From Patescibacteria group bacterium (lineage in GTDB: Bacteria; Patescibacteriota; UBA1384; XYA2-FULL-43-10; 1-14-0-10-43-13), in contig JBAZBD010000001.1 of NCBI GenBank assembly GCA_041671645.1, positions 265,357-329,356 on the forward strand: a DNA stretch of 64,000 nt, given 5' to 3'. Position numbers and translations under genes: made by a program. Shown here piece by piece: positions 54,785 to 64,000 of this stretch (position 1 is the first letter of the stretch; every line of letters starts with the position of its first letter). The notes beneath the pieces are model-generated. The model was not told the origin of the DNA. It did no database searches and was given only the letters and a program-made list of their open reading frames with translations.

Positions 54785-55679
54785 ATTTTTAGCGGGTTTT
54801 GCTCTGGCAGTGCCAGATGGGTCCATGGAAGCAGTCGTGATCAATTGGCTCAAAAAAGCTGGAATCGCGATTCTCTTTTCGAACGGTCGAGTCAAAACTG
54901 GTACGACCAATGTTCCTTTTATTCAATCATTGACGTTATTGCGTCCGCAGGAAATACCGATATATCTCGAAAAAGGGTGTTTCCAGGTGGCAATTGCCAA
55001 CGAAGATTGGATTGCAAATTGGCAGTCTGATGTAGTCATCCTTGCTCGTTTTCCGATTGCGAGGGCGACAAATCAGGCGGTGAGAATAGTTCTAGCCGTG
55101 TCTAAGGCAAGTGGCTATGAGGCTATCGGAGATTTGCCCAAAGGGTCAACGATAGCGACCGAATATGTCGAGTTGACAGGGCAGTATCTAGCCCAAAAGG
55201 GCCGAGCTGATATCGAGGTGATTCGTTCTTGGGGCGGCACCGAACAGAAGATAAAGTTTGGTGCTGCTGCGATTGTTGAATTAACCGAAACGGGTAGCTC
55301 ACTTATCTCAAACGGTTTGAAAATTATCGATGAAATCATGATTTCCAATACTGTTATCGCGGTAAATCGCGAGGCATACAATAACATAGATCTGCGTCCG
55401 CAGATAGATTGGTTTGTTGAGGTGATGAAGGGTGCAAATCTGGCAGATAGTTATGTATTCGTTCAGGCCAATGTTTCGGAAGGAGCAGTAAAGAAAGCGT
55501 CCGAAATTCTTGGCGGAATGTATGCGCCGACTATCAGCTCGCTTACAACTTCTGGCTGGTATTCGATATCTGCCTATGTGCTAAAAAATTGTCAGCACGA
55601 AATAGTCTTCCAATTATTGCAGATGGAAGTAAAAGATATCTGTGTTCACGATAATATATCCATGGTCTTGGGTCGTTAA
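54777..55679 (+). CDS. hisG: ATP phosphoribosyltransferase (long form)
   Basis: LRPQEIP.Y, DW, IATEY, SWGGTE, IVELTETGSSL..NGL, APTIS. Confidence 0.9.
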   Translation: MFEFLAGFALAVPDGSMEAVVINWLKKAGIAILFSNGRVKTGTTNVPFIQSLTLLRPQEIPIYLEKGCFQVAIANEDWIANWQSDVVILARFPIARATNQAVRIVLAVSKASGYEAIGDLPKGSTIATEYVELTGQYLAQKGRADIEVIRSWGGTEQKIKFGAAAIVELTETGSSLISNGLKIIDEIMISNTVIAVNREAYNNIDLRPQIDWFVEVMKGANLADSYVFVQANVSEGAVKKASEILGGMYAPTISSLTTSGWYSISAYVLKNCQHEIVFQLLQMEVKDICVHDNISMVLGR

Positions 55680-55708
55680 TATTTCCCAATATTAAAATAC
55701 AATTTCAC

Positions 55709-55742
55709 AAAGCGCTTTGATTTTTTATCGGAGCGCTTTTTT
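55709..55742 (+). terminator. Intrinsic terminator
   Basis: AAAGCGCTTTGAT...ATCGGAGCGCTTT plus T tract. Confidence 0.7.
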
Positions 55743-55790
55743 AAATTTATTTTTGCTATAATGGCAGGAGAATACTAAACGGGAGAAAAA

Positions 55791-56321
55791 ATGTTTTCAG
55801 AGACAGTAGACGAATCGGGAAGTGACAATCTAGGAGAACCGGCTGGGAATCTTGTTACCGGTACGACACCTGAAACACCAGCGCCGAGCGATGAGACCCC
55901 TGCTAGGTTTGCGGGTTGGGAGAAGTCAACAATTGAGAAGGTCAAGCAAAGAGCTGACATCAAAGCTGACATTTTGAATGCGTTTAACAATGGGAATGTA
56001 GATATGGCTACCGAAGCTCTTATTAGAGCTGGCCATTATCTTCTTGATCTGGAGGCCGAGACAGAATATAAACAGCAAAATTTTGAAGGGACAGAGACGC
56101 ACGGTCCAATATATTGGCGAAATAGACAAGTTCCGGCGATAATCGATGGTACGGCTTCAGGAGACATGCAAATTGTGTATCTGAGCAGTGTCGATAGACT
56201 TCATTTCCGCCGAAAGGATGGCGGGTTTGAGGTATATCTTTGTGGACCGCCAAGCCCGAGGGCAAAACAGAGATGGGAGCTTGTCGAGCAGGCATATGAT
56301 ATTTACTATGGTTCAAATTAG
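55791..56321 (+). CDS. Hypothetical protein
   Basis: GGGAG RBS; TATAAT upstream. Confidence 0.65.
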   Translation: MFSETVDESGSDNLGEPAGNLVTGTTPETPAPSDETPARFAGWEKSTIEKVKQRADIKADILNAFNNGNVDMATEALIRAGHYLLDLEAETEYKQQNFEGTETHGPIYWRNRQVPAIIDGTASGDMQIVYLSSVDRLHFRRKDGGFEVYLCGPPSPRAKQRWELVEQAYDIYYGSN

Positions 56322-56341
56322 TGCTGTATTGTCTCCCAATT

Positions 56342-56373
56342 AGCAAACACCTCACATATGTGAGGTGTTTGCT
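56342..56373. other. Perfect 32-bp palindrome
   Basis: AGCAAACACCTCACAT|ATGTGAGGTGTTTGCT. Confidence 0.8.
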
Positions 56374-56481
56374 TGTTATAGTCATTGACTATTCAATCGT
56401 TTGTATAATTATTTGAAAAATGGTATTAAATACCCAGTATCTTGATCAAGAAATTGAGGCAAAGAAAGGGGGATACCACAA

Positions 56482-57186
56482 GTGGGCATTTTTGAAAATC
56501 TTCTTTTTAAGAAAGGTAGTCATGCGCGGCTGTGCATAATGCTCCAGAAATATTTGGCCAGCCAAGAATTGTCAGACTGGATTATATTTGGCTTGGTGAC
56601 AACCATTGTCAGAGAGTTTATGCCGAAACATCCATTGCCGAGTGCCACTCTTGCGGAGTGCGTATCGGGGACGGATTTCGTCACATATCATACTGAGTAT
56701 GATGATGTTTTGAATAAGCTAACGAGTCTTATTTGCTGGTTTCGATTAAGTTTAACGCCTGGCAGCAAATATGCTCTGGATCGTCTTCCTGGCGGTAGTG
56801 GCTTGGCGGCCAGTGTGGAAATCTTGCACAAGCTGATTCGGCTACATTGCTGGGATCAGCGACTTTCCATTATTGAGCAATCGTTAACGCCGTTTCAAGC
56901 AGATCGAGGGAGTTGGCCACTCGTTATCCAGCCAATTGTGGCTCGGCTTGAAGAGATTACCACTGTCGCGAAGGCGACCGACGAAAAATTCAAGCCAGTC
57001 CAGGTCTGTATGGGCCATCCAGCAATGCATCTTCGATGCTATGGCGGAGGCGTGCCGGTTCAAGGTTCTATCTGCTCGGGCATATGCTCCGACAAGTCAC
57101 GCGATCTTGAGGAATGCCTCAGACGATATAACGAGGCTACCGCCAATGGCAAGATCAAGGATCATGGCTATCCAGAAAAGGAATAG
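56482..57186 (+). CDS. Hypothetical protein with a Cys-rich C-terminus
   Basis: GGGGG RBS; terminator-like hairpin at about 57201-57231. Confidence 0.65.
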   Translation: MGIFENLLFKKGSHARLCIMLQKYLASQELSDWIIFGLVTTIVREFMPKHPLPSATLAECVSGTDFVTYHTEYDDVLNKLTSLICWFRLSLTPGSKYALDRLPGGSGLAASVEILHKLIRLHCWDQRLSIIEQSLTPFQADRGSWPLVIQPIVARLEEITTVAKATDEKFKPVQVCMGHPAMHLRCYGGGVPVQGSICSGICSDKSRDLEECLRRYNEATANGKIKDHGYPEKE

Positions 57187-57298
57187 ATTCAATTTATCAC
57201 GGTCAGCTTATCCAAGCTGGCCATTTTTATTTCATTGCACAAGTTATGGAGTCTATTTTGACTTGAATTGCCTCACGCTTAAAGGTAAAATCAAATAG

Positions 57299-59329
<2,031 letters not shown>

Positions 59330-59331
59330 AT

Positions 59332-60195
59332 ATGGCAAAATTTGATATCCATAATTTAGACGTACACCAAATTGAGAAGATGAAGCATCTGGGCAAGGCT
59401 GACATTCACATGCACAGCAACCGCTCAGACGGTCGGCCCAGCGTGCAGGAAATTCTTGATTGGGTCGAGGAAAAAACAGATTTAGATATCATCGCAATCA
59501 CGGATCATGATACGATGGACGGCTATTTCGAGGCGGTTGAATTGATGAAGAAGAAGAAATACCGCTTTGAGCTGATTCCTGGCGAAGAAGTCACGAGTAT
59601 CGAAGGTCACATCTTGGCTCTTTGGATCAAGGAACCAATCAGGGGCGGTCTCGAAGCCCATACAGTGCTCAAGAAAATTCACGAGCAAGGAGGAATCGCT
59701 ATCGCCGCCCATCCGTTTCAACACGTTCGGGTTAGGGAACCGAAATATTTGACCCTTGATGGCGTTGGTTTAGTTACGCTCCTCAAAGAGAAGGATCTCT
59801 GGCATGGCGTAGAAGTTTTGAATGCGACGCCGACTTTGGGTGAAGAAAATCTCCGAGCCGCATTTGTGAATCGGACCATGTTACTCAAGGCTGAAACTGG
59901 TTCGTCGGACGCACATATCCTGGAGGCTATTGGGAAGGGCTACACGGTCTTTGAGGGCAAAACTGCCCATGAATTGAAGGAAGCCATTCGACATCGCCAA
60001 ACTCAAGCCCTGTATTCCAAATGGACTGTTTTCGCCCTTTTCAAATATCTCTTTTTCTTCATCCCGATTGGCTTGAGATTGATGGTGTACACGATGATGC
60101 ACGGGAGGAGCAAGAAGCGTCCGCAGATCGTAAATGTGCCTGGTACTACAGTCAAAGAGACTTTCCGCTTCAGAGACGGCGAAGAGTTGAAGTAG
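59332..60195 (+). CDS. PHP-domain metal-dependent phosphoesterase
   Basis: DIHMHS..SDG, AITDHD, GEEV, AAHP, SSDAH. Confidence 0.9.
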   Translation: MAKFDIHNLDVHQIEKMKHLGKADIHMHSNRSDGRPSVQEILDWVEEKTDLDIIAITDHDTMDGYFEAVELMKKKKYRFELIPGEEVTSIEGHILALWIKEPIRGGLEAHTVLKKIHEQGGIAIAAHPFQHVRVREPKYLTLDGVGLVTLLKEKDLWHGVEVLNATPTLGEENLRAAFVNRTMLLKAETGSSDAHILEAIGKGYTVFEGKTAHELKEAIRHRQTQALYSKWTVFALFKYLFFFIPIGLRLMVYTMMHGRSKKRPQIVNVPGTTVKETFRFRDGEELK

Positions 60196-60240
60196 CTTCT
60201 TGATCATGCTAGTATTTGAACTAAATTAACCAGAACTTTC

Positions 60241-60534
60241 ATGGCAAAATTATCAATTCAAGAAATCGAACATATCGCCAAGCTTTCTAGGCTCGAACTC
60301 TCCGAGGATGAGAAGGAATTATATTCCCACCAGCTCTCGGATGTTTTGGCGTACGTCGAACAGTTAAACGAGGTCAATACTGACAATGTCGAGCCGGCTG
60401 CCAACGTAACGGGGCTAGAGAACATTTGGCGAGACGATGAAGTTGAAAATTCCGGAATAGTTCACAAAGATATCGAATCAAATGCGCCAGAATTCAAAGC
60501 CGGTAGTTTTGTCGTGCCAGGCGTGTTCGAATAA
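60241..60534 (+). CDS. gatC: Asp/Glu-tRNA amidotransferase subunit C
   Basis: HIAKLSRLEL, RDD, NAPE...FVVP. Confidence 0.95.
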   Translation: MAKLSIQEIEHIAKLSRLELSEDEKELYSHQLSDVLAYVEQLNEVNTDNVEPAANVTGLENIWRDDEVENSGIVHKDIESNAPEFKAGSFVVPGVFE

Positions 60535-60552
60535 TACGAAAATTACGAAAAA

Positions 60553-62067
60553 ATGAATTTTTATTCACTTACAATCAAGGAAGCATCGGGTTTGCTCGCC
60601 AAGGGCGAGATTACTTCGGTCGAATTGACCGAGGCTATCTTTGCACGAATTAAAGAAGTCGAGCCAAAAGTAGGTGCGTATATCACTTTGTGTGAAGACA
60701 AGGCGCTCGAGATGGCCAAAGCTTCGGATAAGCGTCGAAAGAGTGGCAAGACCTTGAGCGAAATTGATGGAATACCGATTGCGGTCAAGGATTTATTCCT
60801 CACCAAGGGCGTCAAGACGACGGCTGCCTCAGAAATATTGAATGATTTTGTCCCGATATACGAATCTGCGGTGACCGACAAACTCTGGAATGCCGGAGCA
60901 GTTCTAATAGGAAAGACAAATCTCGATCAGTTCGCGATGGGATCTTCGACTGAGACATCAGCATATAATACCTCAAAAGAATTTGATTCTACAACTAGAA
61001 ACCCATGGGATTTGGGCAGAATCCCAGGCGGCTCGTCTGGTGGCTCTGCCGCCGCCGTGGCGGCCGATCTTTGCATCGCCGCAGTTGGTACTGATACTGG
61101 TGGTTCGATCCGCCAGCCGGCCTCACATTGCTCGATAACGGGGCTCAAGCCAACTTATGGTCGTGTCTCACGTTATGGGACTATCGCCATGGCCTCTTCG
61201 CTTGATCAGGCAGGACCGATGACCAAAACCGTAGAGGACGCCGCTATATTGCTCAAAATAATCTCTGGCTATGACAAACACGATTCAACTTCATTTGAGA
61301 AGGAAGTGCCAGATTACAGTGGAGAACTTAAGGCGGAAAATATAAAGAAAATGAAAATCGGCGTGCCAAAAGAATTTTTTGGCGAAGGTTTGGACCCAGA
61401 AATAGAGAAAACCGTTCGTACAGCCATTTCTCAATATGAAAAATTGGGGGCCGAAATAGTACCTGTCTCATTGCCGATGGCTCATTACGCTTTGGCGGTT
61501 TATTATATTCTGATGCCGGCCGAAGTAAGCTCAAATTTGGCTCGATATGATGGAATACGCTTTGGGTTTTCAACCCAAAAAGTCGAAAGTCTAAAGTCAA
61601 AAGTCGAAAGATTAGAACAAGTTTATAGTATTTCTCGGGCCGAAGGTTTTGGTGCTGAGGCCAAACGCAGAATTATGCTCGGAAGCTATGTCCTATCTGC
61701 TGGATATTATGACGCTTATTACAAGAAGGCACAGAAGGTCAGAACCCTAATCAAACAAGAATTTGAAAAAATATTTGAATCAGTTGATTTACTTATTGCT
61801 CCTGTCTCTCCTGTACCGGCATTCAAATTTGGCGAAAAAGCAGATGACCCGTTGGCGATGTATCTTTCTGACGTTTTGACAGTTCCGGTCAATCCTGCAG
61901 GATTGCCAGCTATGAGCATCCCTGCTGGCTTTATGAATCGTGACGGCAAGGAATTGCCAGTTGGACTGCAGCTGATGGGGCCTCATTGGGGCGAGCAGGC
62001 CATCCTGGACGCTGGCCATGCTTTCCAACAAGCTACTGATTGGCACAAGGCCAAACCAATACTTTAA
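60553..62067 (+). CDS. gatA: Asp/Glu-tRNA amidotransferase subunit A
   Basis: PGGSSGGSAAA, GTDTGGSIRQP, KPTYG, SSNLARYDG, MYLSD. Confidence 0.97.
   Translation: MNFYSLTIKEASGLLAKGEITSVELTEAIFARIKEVEPKVGAYITLCEDKALEMAKASDKRRKSGKTLSEIDGIPIAVKDLFLTKGVKTTAASEILNDFVPIYESAVTDKLWNAGAVLIGKTNLDQFAMGSSTETSAYNTSKEFDSTTRNPWDLGRIPGGSSGGSAAAVAADLCIAAVGTDTGGSIRQPASHCSITGLKPTYGRVSRYGTIAMASSLDQAGPMTKTVEDAAILLKIISGYDKHDSTSFEKEVPDYSGELKAENIKKMKIGVPKEFFGEGLDPEIEKTVRTAISQYEKLGAEIVPVSLPMAHYALAVYYILMPAEVSSNLARYDGIRFGFSTQKVESLKSKVERLEQVYSISRAEGFGAEAKRRIMLGSYVLSAGYYDAYYKKAQKVRTLIKQEFEKIFESVDLLIAPVSPVPAFKFGEKADDPLAMYLSDVLTVPVNPAGLPAMSIPAGFMNRDGKELPVGLQLMGPHWGEQAILDAGHAFQQATDWHKAKPIL
61579..61610 (+). repeat. AAAGTCN heptamer array inside gatA
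   Basis: AAAGTCG AAAGTCT AAAGTCA AAAGTCG AAAG. Confidence 0.85.
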
Positions 62068-62160
62068 TTTTACATTTTTCATTAATTTAAAAATTTATCA
62101 ATTGATCAATTAACGAGTAATGGTCAATGGTAAATGTTAAATACGACTGCAAGGAGTACT

Positions 62161-62898
62161 TTGGGTAAGAAATCACAACTTCGGAGGGAGAAGAAGGAAC
62201 AATTTGCGAAGGAAAGAGTGGCATATCGCCGACAGATGGAATTTGCCAACACTCCCTGGCTTTTGTTTTGGCGTCGAGTTGATTTTTGGATCTATAGCGT
62301 CTGTTTGGCCCTAGTAATCACTTTCCCGTTTGTGATGAGAGATTCTCTGGTAATAGGCGACCAAGCCACAATTCATACCTCGAAGGGTGATATAGAAGTC
62401 TCTTTTTATCCCAAGGAGACACCGAAAGCAGTCGAAAATTTTACCGGACTCGCGAAGAATGGTTATTACAATAATACAATCTGGCATCGCGTAATCAAAG
62501 GATTCATGATTCAGGGCGGTGATCCAGGTGGGACCGGCACAGGTGGTGAGAGTCTTTTTGGCGGTCCGTTTGATGACGAGATCAATGCTTATGGTCTCGG
62601 TATGGCAACTGCTGATATCACAAAGTTGGAAGAGAAGGGTTATCGATACAACCAAACCATTACTACTCATCCAGTCCAAGTCGGAAGTTTGGCCATGGCC
62701 AACGCCGGGCCGAATACGAACGGAAGTCAATTTTTCATCGTGACCGAGCAAGACCAGCCTCATCTTAACGGCCAGCACACAGTATTTGGCCGTGTGACAA
62801 AAGGTTTAGAAATTGCCAAAGCGATTTCCGAAGTTCCGATTGATAGTAATGATAAGCCAACTGAAGATGTAAAAATATTATCAGTTGATCTGAAGTAA
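62161..62898 (+). CDS. Membrane-anchored cyclophilin-type peptidyl-prolyl isomerase
   Basis: [40 protein letters not shown]; TTG start after AGGAG. Confidence 0.92.
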   Translation: MGKKSQLRREKKEQFAKERVAYRRQMEFANTPWLLFWRRVDFWIYSVCLALVITFPFVMRDSLVIGDQATIHTSKGDIEVSFYPKETPKAVENFTGLAKNGYYNNTIWHRVIKGFMIQGGDPGGTGTGGESLFGGPFDDEINAYGLGMATADITKLEEKGYRYNQTITTHPVQVGSLAMANAGPNTNGSQFFIVTEQDQPHLNGQHTVFGRVTKGLEIAKAISEVPIDSNDKPTEDVKILSVDLK

Positions 62899-62902
62899 AA
62901 AT

Positions 62903-63358
62903 ATGTCGCAAAAACACAAAAAAAATCAGGAACCGGATATCCTTCAAGTTATCGTTGTTGGTATTTTCAAGATGATATGGTGGATTCTGACTTTGCCGTT
63001 CAAGGGCTTGAGACGTGGCAAAAGCGGTTTGAGCGTTGAAAAAAAGAATTATATTGCTTCGAAACGGCAAGAAATTATTGGGCTGTCAGAAAGTCAATCA
63101 ATAATTGAATTGAAGCATGCAGTGATGGAAGCAGATAAACTAGTCGACTTTACCCTGAAAAATAAGGGTTTTGCCGGTGAGACCTTCGCCGATAGATTAC
63201 GCTCAGCTGAATCATCAATGTCGAAGGACGTATACAATAGTGTCTGGACAGGCCACAAGGTCAGAAATCAGATTGCCCACGAATCAGAGTCGAGAATCGA
63301 ATACGGGGAGCTTAGGGGAGCAATTGATCAGCTATTAAAATACACGAGAGCGATATGA
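62903..63358 (+). CDS. Conserved-looking hypothetical protein
   Basis: AVMEADKL.D..L...G..GET.ADRL...W..HK.RN.IAH pattern. Confidence 0.75.
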   Translation: MSQKHKKNQEPDILQVIVVGIFKMIWWILTLPFKGLRRGKSGLSVEKKNYIASKRQEIIGLSESQSIIELKHAVMEADKLVDFTLKNKGFAGETFADRLRSAESSMSKDVYNSVWTGHKVRNQIAHESESRIEYGELRGAIDQLLKYTRAI

Positions 63359-63792
63359 GCGAAATCGAAGAAGTCGGTGAACAACTCAGCCAGGAAGAAA
63401 TCTCCAAGGAGATAGAAGAGCTTATTATCGCTTTGCGGCCATACAACAACTTGAAAACTTCGGTAATGCATAACAAACATCACGGCGTGGCTTCTGTCGA
63501 GGCTGACCCTCGAAGCTTGGAGGGGAACACTCCGGATGATATTAAATTTAGGAATGTTGTTAAGCGATGGGAAGAATATTCTGATGAATTACGCAAGGGA
63601 ATGGTTACTGTCGACTTAGAGCCAGGACATGGTTATGCATATCAGGATGTCAGATCGAGGGATGGGAAGCGGATGATAGACCTGATTTTTTTGCGAGAGT
63701 ATTACGAAAAAATTAAAAATCTGCACGAGATACTTAGCCAAAAATGGGATCAGAGCATAATGGGGACGACCTTTGAGGGCGACAAAAATTAA
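63355..63792 (+). CDS. Hypothetical protein
   Basis: ATGA overlap with the upstream gene. Confidence 0.65.
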   Translation: MSEIEEVGEQLSQEEISKEIEELIIALRPYNNLKTSVMHNKHHGVASVEADPRSLEGNTPDDIKFRNVVKRWEEYSDELRKGMVTVDLEPGHGYAYQDVRSRDGKRMIDLIFLREYYEKIKNLHEILSQKWDQSIMGTTFEGDKN

Positions 63793-63804
63793 TCCTTGAT
63801 AATT

Positions 63805-64000
63805 ATGGAAAATTTACATACAAAAATTGGATTGGAAATTCATGTTCAGCTCAAGACCAAGAGCAAGATGTTTTGTCGTTGCGACAATGACGCACAGGGC
63901 AAGACACCAAATAGCGTAGTCTGCCCGGTCTGCCTCGGATTGCCTGGCGCTTTGCCAGTCGCGAATGAGCAAGCAATCGAGTGGACGATCAAGACTGGAT
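63805..64000 (+). CDS. gatB: Asp/Glu-tRNA amidotransferase subunit B (partial)
   Basis: Manual translation [24 protein letters not shown]...[18 protein letters not shown]. Confidence 0.95.
   Translation, partial: MENLHTKIGLEIHVQLKTKSKMFCRCDNDAQGKTPNSVVCPVCLGLPGALPVANEQAIEWTIKTG

Overview
Bacterial window that looks like a Patescibacteria/CPR genome read in the standard code. Supporting signs are the short AlaS and LysS, secG-oppA, ftsA next to a baseplate-J-like gene, and reduced metabolism; a Berkelbacteria-like lineage is only a guess. The backbone is core genes (comM, secG, rpsA, nrnA, alaS, ftsA, yqgF, mltG, mreBCD-mrdA, greA, lysS, serS, hpf, secA, gpmI, ftsEX, ctpA, lemA, htpX, ligA, gatC-gatA...gatB), seven tRNAs and the start of an Ehr/hydrogenase-4-like operon. 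Between the core operons sit 1-3 gene units, many with a recognisable promoter, strong RBS and/or terminator. They carry ORFans or strongly diverged enzymes (PurF without Cys1, half PurH, GuaB-like, RhaB-like, PyrF/PyrE, HisI/HisG, a possible carbonic anhydrase) and a probable DGR-type C-lectin target gene. The most striking unexplained signal is a layer of tiny repeats. (1) A 62-nt element recurs in front of alaS and lysS-serS. (2) Its 21-nt palindromic core also sits in frame three times inside a protein. (3) 7-9-nt tandem arrays fill intergenic spacers and add exactly 21 nt in frame to GatA and another protein. (4) A 16-nt palindrome occurs in comM and at the lemA RBS. (5) A 163-bp MITE-like element lies upstream of ftsA. 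All calls come from reading motifs by eye; no database searches were run.
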